Positions 25,797 through 35,315 of a DNA stretch of 64,000 bases are shown here, in pieces. The position numbers were made by a program, and so were the translations under genes. The notes under the pieces were generated by a model. The model was not told the DNA's origin and did no database searches. It worked only from the letters and a program-made list of their open reading frames with translations. This stretch comes from Phoronis australis (lineage: Eukaryota > Animalia > Phoronida), in the NCBI GenBank assembly GCA_002633005.1, contig NMRA01000001.1, forward strand, positions 3,517,695 through 3,581,694. Direction: 5' to 3'. Position 1 is the first letter of the stretch. Each line of letters starts with the position of its first letter.

Positions 25797-26053
25797 CATG
25801 CGCGCACCCAGCCTAAAACATAGGGGGCTCGAATTGTTCGATATGCGGACTTTTTACTGAAAAAAATCAACGAGGACTAAAAAGGGGCCTCTAGGTTCAG
25901 GCCTGCCAATCGTGCATCCGCGCCGAATTCCTGTGGACTTTGCGGACTTTTGTCTCGTTTACTCGGACTTTTTGTTTCACTGAGGCGGACCTTTTCGCCC
26001 AATTCGCCAAATTGGGGGGTTCCTTCGAGCCCCCCCCCCCGGGTGCGCCCATG
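25797..26053 (+). mobile_element. ~250-bp MITE with 5-bp TSD, copy 1
   Basis: TTCAC|CATGCGCGCACCC...GGGTGCGCCCATG|TTCAC. Confidence 0.8.
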
Positions 26054-26327
26054 TTCACGTATTTGGCGCGAAGTCGTTCGAATTTGCTTTAAGCATTGCA
26101 TTTATTGTCTTTGCATCTTATCCAGCCTCTATTACAATTAGTTAATAACGGCTTCCCGTAATTTTACTAATTAGTCGTGCCTTACTCCGGAAGTGACGCT
26201 TAGGGGATTAAGAATTTCCCGCCATTTCGTTTTCACATAGTCTGACTGTGTGACCTGTCGAATCAGTCATTGTTTTACCTCGGTTGTGATGAGTTCGGTT
26301 GTCCTTTGCGTTTGTTTACGTGTCAAC

Positions 26328-27026
26328 ATGACGCACGGTTGCTGCGTACCGGGGTGTGCTCATTATGTTATCGTGCACTTGGTATGCCATTACACCACTT
26401 TCCGAAAGTTACACGCTCCGCGTACTTGGCCCGTTCGTGTGAAGAGTGCAGCGTTACCGTCCACGCAACGTACAAAGCAGTGGAGAATTACAGAGTGTGT
26501 GGCAAGCGTTTTCTGCCGTTGGATTGCGAAAGAGATATGTACGCGGAATTGATGAAGGTTCCTGCAAAACTACGCCTGAAGAAGGGTACCATACTGTCGC
26601 TGTTGATTCCCGGTAGTGCCCCGTCACCACCCCCGAGAAGTGCATTTTTGAAGCTAGTAGCCTCGCGAGCTGTGGCCTCTAAAGTGACTGGAGGCGCTTC
26701 ATCTACTGTCATCCGTGCCTCCGAATGCACCCAAGAGCGTGCAATTCCGGGAACAAGCAGTGATTCGCCCTGTGCTGGTGTCGTCTCCAGCCCAGAGCCT
26801 GTAAGCAGCCCTGCAGCGATGTTGAGTAGTCAATACAGGCCAAGTTCGACATCCAGTGGGGAGGACGTTCATCGTCTCGTGGTCAGGCCGGTGAGCCAAA
26901 CTTTGATAAGTTTATTGTGGACTTGAATAAAGTATTGGGGCTATTTAGAAGGTGCCAAGTTTGTGGCAAGGGAGTCACACGGCTGGATGTAAGCGGTTTG
27001 GGTGCTCAGGTCACCATCCAGTGGGA
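26328..27026 (+). pseudogene. THAP-domain Kolobok transposase, 5' part, frameshifted
   Basis: MTHGCCVPGC in one frame, then LHHFPK...RVCGKRFLPLDCERDMYAELM...RLKKGTILS (THAP), then KFIVDLNKVLGLFRRCQVCGK...GAQVTIQW, typical of the Cys-containing region before the Kolobok catalytic core. Confidence 0.75.
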
Positions 27027-27185
27027 ACAGCACGGGCATTACATTGAGGTTGGCATAACAGTGCACACCTTGTATTTTGAACCAAGACGTCCCACCACGT
27101 CTATTCTCAGTCTCTGCCTCAGCCCTCTCAACAGCTGTCTGTATTCTGCCTCACTATACTCGGTATCAAACATCATATCCATCCA
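27027..27185 (-). pseudogene. KolX (P2X7 C-terminal-like Cys-rich protein) 5' remnant
   Basis: Minus strand reads MFDTEYSEAEYRQL..., NRRGGTSW (alternate frame) and CTVMPTSM*CPCC, matching the recalled KolX pattern YMFEPEYxEEE...RxGxxxWCxCxxCxxMPTxxECxCC. Confidence 0.65.
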
Positions 27186-28043
27186 CTGCTACTACAAACT
27201 AAAAGATTCTGAAATCCAACGTAATTGAGTTATCTAACAACCTAGCTTGTCGTAGAATACTCGTCGATGGGAAATGGGCCGTGACGACAATTTTAGGGGA
27301 CCAGCACAAACCAACAGTAGAACAGATCCCCATAGTAACTCGAACGCACTAGAAACGAAACGGCGGGAAATTCTCAACCCCCTGAACGTCACTTCCGGTA
27401 GTGCACGACCAATAACATTAAGCAGAGCCGTAGTTAACTGAAGTATATATCTGCGATAATCCATAGAGGAACTGTATTTTTACTAAAAATGACACGAAAA
27501 AGGTTGCCTTGCACTTTAAGCTATGATCTTATTTGCAAGCGTATTTTAACATTTTAAATTATCGGTGGCTAATGTTCTCTCGTTGTTTCACTAACCGACT
27601 ATAAATAACATGACTTGACTTGACTTGTCTCTTATTTTCTGCAATTTACCTTATTTGACATGTGTTTATTCACACTATTGCTCAATGATATCAATTTGTC
27701 TCTTGCTGGATAATCTTTATGAAATGTAGAAATGCGCATGTAATCAGCTCGCAGCTTACTATAGTAAACAGATCTGATCAAATGGCCTGGTTCGTTTTTG
27801 GGTTGTTCTATATGTTAGGGGGGGGGGCTTCATAAAAAACATCAGGCCATTTAGGTCACACTCAACAGGTTTTGAATCACCGATGAATTTAGCCTGTTCT
27901 GATTGGAAGATGCTAGTTGTCCCGTTGACCAATTTGCTACCCAATCATGGCTTAAACCTGCCATATTTATTGCACACACGCCCGCTTGACATCTCTACGG
28001 TCCATGAAACAACAATGTCTGCCCCGGCCCCAGTGGCCGTCCA

Positions 28044-28270
28044 CATGCGTGCACCAAGGGGAGGGTGGGGGAGCTCGGTGGGCAAAAAGGTCCGCCTCAG
28101 AGAAAACAAGAAGTCCAAGACAATGAGACATAAGTTCACTTAAAAGGCGCGAATGCACAATTCATAGCTCTGAACGCGTTTTTTTTTAGTTCCCCGTATT
28201 TTTTGTTAGTAAAAGGTCCACATTGCCAAACATTCTACCCCCCCTATATTTTAGGCTGGATGCGCGCATG
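28044..28270 (-). mobile_element. Same MITE family, copy 2 (inverted)
   Basis: GTCCA|CATGCGTGCACC...GGATGCGCGCATG|GTCTA; its reverse complement shares cagcctaaaa and ctgaggcggacctttt with copy 1. Confidence 0.75.
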
Positions 28271-28310
28271 GTCTAATGGGAGTTCCCTGGGAGATTTGAC
28301 TCCTTCTCTA

Positions 28311-28380
28311 CTGTCTCTGCTGGCACTCATATATTAGGGGAGTCTGTCTCTGCTGGCACTCATATATTAGGGGAGTCTGT
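28311..28380. repeat. Perfect 33-bp tandem duplication
   Basis: ctgtctctgctggcactcatatattaggggagt x2, plus ctgt. Confidence 0.9.
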
Positions 28381-28575
28381 CATCAGTCATGATGGTGTCA
28401 GTCGTATGAAATCAGGGACAAGTTCTCATGCTCGTGTGCGGGTATTGTATATATAGATGTGTTTAATGTCCTCATGCTTGGTATTTCGTGGAGATGATAT
28501 AACCCGTTACGCACGAGAACGGCCATAGACCGGGAGAAGATCTTGCACAACAACAGGGCGGTCCTCGCTCGTATA

Positions 28576-29168
28576 CACGCAGGTATCATTCAGCAGTAGC
28601 ACGCGCTTTATCACTGGCTGATGTAACCTCGGCAGTCATTGGTTAGCTTCACAACAAAGAAAGAAAATGGCGGACCATGAAAGGTTTTTAGCTTTAATTG
28701 ACATGCAAGTAGCGGAGCAGCAACTATTTCGTTTCTGCAGTAGATGTTTAATAGCCGCGTGTTAGCTTGAAGCACATACATGTACACACACATCTGGCCG
28801 ATTTAACCAGTGTGTTATTCATACTATGAATATAGGACAGCAACGTAAACAAAAGCCCAGCGACATAGAAAGAGGTACTCCGAGAAGGCGCAACCAAAAT
28901 TTTCTGGGCCATTCACACTTCTTGAACACGAATTAAGCACCGGTTTGTATGTACAACCTAGGAAGCAATAAGTTCCTAAGTACAACAGACCAAAATTTTA
29001 CACAGGCTTAGTTCCGCTCCATCAATCATGCCAGTTTGTTTGCGTAAAGCGCTACCTGTTGAGAATTCGACAAGCCAATCAGAAACGCCGGTGTAAAAAG
29101 GCCCGAGGAAAATTAAATGATACCTGCGTGTAGTCTCTGCCACCTAGCGACACGCAGGGAACCAGCGA
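28576..29168 (+). mobile_element. ~0.6-kb TIR element, copy 1
   Basis: CACGCAGGTATCATT...AATGATACCTGCGTG inverted motif; body is the reverse complement of 29959-30546. Confidence 0.8.
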
Positions 29169-29299
29169 TCACGGCGGTCCCCATTGGGGATCATTTGAAT
29201 CTCCCGGGACAAACTATCAGAGACCTCAATATACTGGTAGTTAAAAGCAGGCTGCCGGACTTCCACTCGCGTAAAAAGTGCGAGCTGAAGTTCACATGA
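29169..29299 (+). pseudogene. Penelope-like element GIY-YIG endonuclease C-terminal remnant
   Basis: PIGDHLNLPGQTIRDLNILVVKSRLPDFHSRKKCELKF fits the PLE GIY-YIG pattern PVxxHFNxPxHxxxDLxVxxI...RxxxExxW/FI. Confidence 0.55.
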
Positions 29300-29660
29300 A
29301 CGTAGAGGTCAGAAATCAGTAACAAATAGGCTACAGTCTTGAGCGACACTTGGCAAACTGAAGAAAAGACGACGTCGGAGATGATGACGAAGATGACGAA
29401 TATTATGATGGTGGTGGCGATAATGAACAACATCACAACATTCATATGACGAACTTAGATGTCATAAATCAATAAGAAATACGCTACAGTCTAGTTCAAT
29501 AGAAGCTAAACCAACATCAAATGCAGCAAGAGCTGTCAACAAAGGAACAGCGCTATCAGAAAATCTCGAATAATTCAAAAAGTTAGACGTCGTAGCGAAA
29601 AATGGAAAATATCGTCTGAAAGCCCGTCCAAAACTTTATCTAGATTGATAGTGTGCTTTG

Positions 29661-29795
29661 CCGGTGACCCTTGGTTCATTATGATCCACTAGTGTAGTAC
29701 AGCACCTAATAATTTCAAACCAACACTACAGACTGGCATGAAATTATTAGGTGCTGTACTACACTACTGGATCATAATGAACCAAGGGTCACTGG
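29661..29795. repeat. Near-perfect hairpin, 57-bp arms, 21-nt loop
   Basis: ccggtgacccttggttcattatgatccactagtgtagtacagcacctaataatttca against tgaaattattaggtgctgtactacactactggatcataatgaaccaagggtcactgg; 2 mismatches. Confidence 0.92.
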
Positions 29796-29958
29796 AAAAG
29801 CCTGCTTTGGAGGAAATCCCCCAAAATGAGTTAAACGTTACTTACTTGGATTCACGTAATGAACAGCCGTTGAGCGAATATGCATGCGCTGGTCCAGTCA
29901 CTTGCCTAAGGACTGTTCTTATCAGTGGATGACCTACTTTACATCGCAGGTCTTATCC

Positions 29959-30546
29959 TCGCTGGTTCCTTGTGTGTCCGCTAAGTGGTAGTGAACACAT
30001 AGGTATCATTTGATTTTCCTCGGGAATTTTTTTACACCGGAGTTTTTGATTGGCTTATCGAATTCTCAACAGGTAGCGCTTTACGTAAACAAACTGGAAT
30101 GACTGATGGAGGAAGTGTAAATGTGGATATAGTTTGTGGTCTGTTATATAGACAGGTCAGTGCTTAATTCATGTTCAAGAAATGTGAATAAGAAAATTGC
30201 GGTTGTTCCTTTTCGTAGTGCATTTTTCTACTGTCGCTTACTTTTGTTTACGTTGCTGTCCTGTATTCACACGGTATGAATTACACAACGGTGAAATCGA
30301 CCAGATGTGTGCGCATCTCAGTGTACATGTATGTGCTTCAACCACGCTGCTATTAAATCGCGTTACTGCAGAAACGAAACATTTGCTGTTACGCCGCTGA
30401 CAAGGCTAAAAACCGTTCATAGTCCGCCATTTTCTTTCTTTGTTGTAAAGCTAACCAATGACTGCCGAGGTTATATCAACCAGCTGGTGATAAAACGTGT
30501 GCTACTGAATGATACCTGCGTGTTCAGACACCCAGGGAACCAGTGA
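29959..30546 (-). mobile_element. ~0.6-kb TIR element, copy 2 (inverted)
   Basis: Termini TCGCTGGTTCCTTGTGTGTC / GACACCCAGGGAACCAGTGA; shares aagctaaccaatgactgccgaggtta and gaattctcaacaggtagcgctttacg with copy 1 in opposite orientation. Confidence 0.8.
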
Positions 30547-30556
30547 AAGGTCATAT

Positions 30557-30688
30557 CAGGGTCGAATTCAATAACTGTCTCGCGTGGCGAGAAAATCTAG
30601 CCAAAATCACGTGCTCTCTTGAAAATACACGGCGATATCTAGCGAAATCTCGCGAGATCTTGTTTTAGCGTTATTGAACTTGGCCCTG
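30557..30688. mobile_element. Harbinger-type MITE family, copy 1
   Basis: CAGGGTCGAATTCAATAAC...GTTATTGAACTTGGCCCTG; core tagccaaaatcacgtg...aaaatacac is shared with 57713 and 63887. Confidence 0.7.
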
Positions 30689-32987
30689 ATATAAAGCTTA
30701 CGGCTTTGACAAACTGTGACGAATCACCCTAAGGCAGATGACATTGAAACGGTATATACTAAAATACTATCTCGCTTCTAATTAAATGTGAAGGCCAGTC
30801 GAAACATGGCTTGTGTTGACGGACTGTGAGCGTCACTGTCGCGTTAGATTGATTGATGTTACTTAAGTATAATTAAAATTCATAATGATGTTCTTGAAAA
30901 AAAACTCACACGTAAGGAATTAACATTTTTTTCTACTTCGTATTTATATCTGAAATTTATTCAGTTGGTCAGACGCTTTTTAATAGTAGACGAAGAAACT
31001 TTAAAAATTCTTCAATTTCGCAATTGCCAAACTGCACCTTTACGGTTTTCAAAGCCTAATTCCATTTTGTAAATGCTGAAATGTTAGTATTGTGTTGTTG
31101 GGTAATACACACTGCGAACCATGTTACTAACGAAGGAAAATTTTTCAACTTTAAATTTTGTTTAGAAGTTTTACAAAATAAAAGTCTATTTGTCCGACAT
31201 GCTTTGTTCTATACTGAAGATTTTTTGCCTAAACAATTGCCACTCGCATTCGCAGACATGTTCACACGTTTTCAAATTGAATAACTGTTATTTGTTATTA
31301 AAATAGTTCACTACTTTCAACTACAATAAAACTGTGTTGTCACTGACGGCATGTAACTATTATTCTCTTTGATGTTTCATTAAAAATATTCAAAAAGTTA
31401 AAAAATTAGAGAAGTATTATATTCCTGATTATGTCAAATAACATTTGCCCAAAATTACCACTATAAATCCAGCTGTCGAGAGCACAAAATTTGTTTTTTA
31501 AAGCTCATTACTTTACTTACCTAGTTAACCCTGGTGAGCTTTAGGAACTGAAAGACTTCCAACAATAGGTGGCACTAGTTGTCGCTTGCAAGCGTTATCT
31601 CTCATCCTGGCCTTTACAGATATTCCTCGACAAATGCAGATAGACCACGCCTACCTTAGTTACCGCTGCGAAGTTCCGCAAGTGCAAAGCCAATGTGGCA
31701 AGGGTCCTTTGCAAGCTCACTGCAAGAACACGTTCGTTGCGAAGTATTACAGGCGATAAACGCGATTTTTGATCACCATGCCCTCTGCTCACAATGTCAC
31801 TCGAGTTGAATACTTTGTTTCGTTTTGAGTACATCTGTGCTTGTATTTTCGAATCTCATAAAGGTATACCGTTAAAAATCATTGAGCAGCAATTGAATGA
31901 ATATTTCTTTCAAAAATTACGGAAAACGATAGATATAGGAGACAATTTAAAATACGTATACAGATCAGATTGTAGTGCGTGCGTGCGTGTATGCGTGCGT
32001 GTGTGGTACGTGAATTAGCGAAATTTTGAATCGTTTTGTTGTACTGTTTGACACTTTATAGTCTTTTGTGTGTCAAAAACATGAAGTTGTGTGGAATACA
32101 TTGATTTAGTCTGTTCTTGTGATTGCAGCAACCGCAAGCCTCAAAGGCATTTCTCAATAGATAGAGCAGTATACTGGTACATTTCTCAACATCGACCACG
32201 GTTATTGTCCAACCAATCGAAAGCTCCGATAAGAAGCCATGACATATAATCAATTCACTGTACTACCTCTCCTACCGTTGAGTGTAGTGCACGCTTGGTT
32301 TACTCGGTTTCTATTCTCGTATAAAAAACCTCCCCTAAAATTACCTAAAACATATTTTTGACTTATATATGACCCATCTTCGATTAACTGGGTTAAAAAA
32401 GTGATTAGGGGAGCAACATGTAAAAACAACAGTACTCTGCGCTTAAACGCGCAGAGTAATAACACATTGTGTCGTGCGTCAGAGGCAGAACAATGGCGAA
32501 TCCCTTGGCCCGACCAAATAATCACAATTATAAAAACAAACCAATTTCGGCAAAACTTCGAGACATTTAATCGTAACAATCAAATAATTTACCATTGAAT
32601 GTGAACATATGTTCTCTACAAAAACCTCAAAAACTTCTTAAGCTATACACTGTGCTCTTTATACAACAAATATTGTAATAATCTCATCTCAATAAGATTA
32701 AACCAAGCTAGCAAATGACCTTTGAACGTGCAACGAGGACTCCGTATTACCGTCAGACTGCCGTGCGTCTGCTCGTATCTGAAATAGCAGGTAGATACGC
32801 GAGACCGACAGACTTCTGTAGTCGCCGTCGTTACGTTTATGAATATGAAATATGAAGTGTCTTTAGTCTCGACGTCGAAGAGTTCTTACACCAGGTAAAG
32901 CGTTGTGATCTCAATGATCAAATCTTATAGCTACCACGACCCGGCTCACGACCTACGATGAAACGTACCACATTTTTTTCTCCATAC

Positions 32988-33395
32988 GGAATACTTCATG
33001 TTTTTTTATAGCCTTAAATTTTCCCTCGGAGCACCTGGAGCACCACGTTTATTTTTTTTCGTTGCCTCAAATTGCCTTCGGAGGTGAACCACATCTGCCC
33101 ACGTGCGGACTTCAGTAATAAGACCAGTCACGTGACTTTCAACTTCGAGAATGGTGGGTCTGAAGTCGGCACATGCGCAGGTAATGTTCACCGCCTAAGA
33201 GAAACTTGAGGCAACGGAAATACCCGAGCTAGCACGTGTTTCAGATGCCCTTGGAAGTAAATTTTATCTGTGCATATGTGAACTCATTTATGAAAATCGC
33301 ATTACTTGCGGTATGACTGAAGTCCGCACATGTGCAGATAGCGTTCACCTCCGACTAAGATAAATTTAAGGCTACGAAAGTATTAGAAGTATTCC
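32988..33395. mobile_element. MITE with terminal and subterminal inverted repeats
   Basis: GGAATACTTC..TAGCCTTAAATTT / AAATTTAAGGCTA..GAAGTATTCC; cggaggtgaac..atctgc.cac.tgcggacttcagt recurs inverted at about 33160 and 33315. Confidence 0.65.
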
Positions 33396-34485
33396 TCATG
33401 AGTTTTTAACGTAAACGGTATAATTTCTCCGAAGGCTTACTACCCAATATGAAACACATTTTAAAAATGATTACTCAATCACACAAAACATGTGTCAACA
33501 TTTCTATATCATGACAAATATATGTAAATCCTCCCATACATCAGACAGGACATTGGCAAATAACAATTAAAGGAATGTTAAAGGGAAATCGTTTGACAGA
33601 GTTGCCCAAGCATTCCAAAATGTGACTGCATCTTGCCAATCGCAGATAAACCTCAATGCCTTCTGATGATAGAAAACAATTGGTATCAAGACAAAGAAGA
33701 TTTTGTGACCTCTTTGATAAAGCAGCTTTAAACCCGTATTTTTGTCAAAAAATATAAGTTTAGATTTAGGCTACTTTCTGTTATAAAATTGGTCTCATCG
33801 TACAAAGTTTCGAAATTATCTCTGGCCTGTGGAAAAGCTGGCAGTTCGTTATTTTTCAAACCAAGGTCGTGTTTTTCAAAACAAGGTTTTATTTTTCCGG
33901 TAAGGCGTGACAAGAAATTCTATGAGGTTGGTTTGATGAGAAGTAACTACCGAACAATTCTTTGCAAATGCAACAACCACTTCTCATTTGAGAAGGAGCG
34001 AGTTGAGGCCGATAAGTGGACTAAATCAAAAGTTCGCTTCTTCAACGGAACGCGAGTTTATAGCCACTTTAAAGTTAATGCTGTAAATTTCATGTTTGTA
34101 CTGCTAGTGGGTCTTAAAATGCTTTCTTCAAAGTGAACCACAAAATTATACAACTCGGCAACCGTTTTGTTGATGAGCTTACGTGGCTACCCACAGCCTA
34201 AAGCGTCTATATATCTTAATATTTTGAGCTGTCGCTTTTTCATTTACATCCAAGAAAGTGACTCGCATTCCAGAATTATCGATTCTGTCGTCCTGTCGAT
34301 TGCGTATTCCAGGTAACAACTGTTGCGACATCTATCGGCATGTTGAAACGAAAAGGGCTCGAGCGGTGTGGAGAATTTCTTGTTCTACCTTCTTTGCAGG
34401 TAGAAATAAGCGTCTTAGCCGGTGTAAACTTCATAGATTACAGTTTTGAAGCATTGACCAAAGACAGAAAACAATCCAAACGAAG

Positions 34486-34836
34486 TCAATACAGCAGTCT
34501 CGCTGTTGAATAGTTTTTACACCACGCGAAATACTGAGTGTCCGTACAGCACGATCTGTACATTGATAGTTGATTGACAAATTTCGTGCACGCAAAACAC
34601 GTCCGATATCGGTCGTTTGTAGCCGGGTTATCACTGCGTTCACACTGCCCGAGAGAAGGCGGAACATGGCTGTGGTGTATTTCTCTCCGTCTCCTTTGGG
34701 ATATATTTATCAACTGTTGTCTATGTATGTTGATTTTGTATCTCCTGATAGACATCGTGGGAAGAGTCAGTGGTTTGCTTCTTGATAATAGTGCTAAATT
34801 CATGACACACAGGACGAAGAGCATCCGTACTTTCAT
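34486..34836 (-). CDS. Secreted Cys-rich prepro-peptide A (116 aa)
   Basis: Acceptor ttttatttacag directly before the ATG; signal-like MKVRMLFVLCVMNLALLSRS; RRRR furin site; mature EIHHSHVPPSLGQCERSDNPATNDRYRTCFACTKFVNQLSMYRSCCTDTQYFAWCKNYSTARLLY; paralog at 45230-45532. Confidence 0.82.
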   Translation of the reverse strand: MKVRMLFVLCVMNLALLSRSKPLTLPTMSIRRYKINIHRQQLINISQRRRREIHHSHVPPSLGQCERSDNPATNDRYRTCFACTKFVNQLSMYRSCCTDTQYFAWCKNYSTARLLY

Positions 34837-35172
34837 CTGTAAATAAAAGCATAAAATTAGGAAACACACAAAGCACACGGTTCTCGTATTTTCCACAGTG
34901 TGAACGTACTCACCGCAAACATATACGTGTTTGTTGTTCCAATGTCATGCGCAAAGTAAGTTGTTTAACTTACCCGTAAAATCGTGACATTCAACGGAAT
35001 ATTTAATGGAAACAACGATACAATATATGTGTAACATCCGACGTGGTCCATGAAGACCCGGGCCCCGGGGAATCTAACATCTGCTCACGAAGGCATGCTT
35101 CGAGTAAACTCACCACCGTCGGTGATTGCTAAGTTCGGACCTGAGCCCAGGTCTTTGCTTCGATACCTGAAA

Positions 35173-35315
35173 ATGATGACGGCGAAGAGGACAACGACGA
35201 TAATGATGATGATGGCGATGATGATGACGATTTTGATGAAGATAATGATGATGAAGATGATGAGGATGACTATGACAATGACGATGATAATGATGATGGT
35301 GATGATGATGCAATG
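35173..35315. repeat. (GAT)n-rich microsatellite
   Basis: Imperfect gatgatgat array; it generates the spurious poly-Met and poly-His ORFs. Confidence 0.9.

Larger units (their letters stand above)
26140..27515. mobile_element. Decayed, internally deleted Kolobok DNA transposon
   Basis: ~95-bp subterminal inverted repeats (26140-26233 and about 27352-27440: gttaa..acggct..gtcgtgc..ccggaagtgacg..gaatttcccgcc.tttcgttt); right end GCACT|TTAA fits the Kolobok TTAA target; two convergent gene remnants inside; left terminus eroded. Confidence 0.75.

Noticed and set aside
26270-26926. 218-aa ORF as an intact domesticated THAP gene
   Set aside because: The N-terminal CxxxxC lies in another frame, the conserved Trp is out of frame and the zinc-ligand His is replaced (VCGKRF); it is a pseudogene.
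25797-28270. Inverted MITE pair as the TIRs of one composite element carrying the THAP gene
   Set aside because: Each MITE has its own termini and own 5-bp TSD, and the outer flanks (TTCAC vs GTCTA) do not match.
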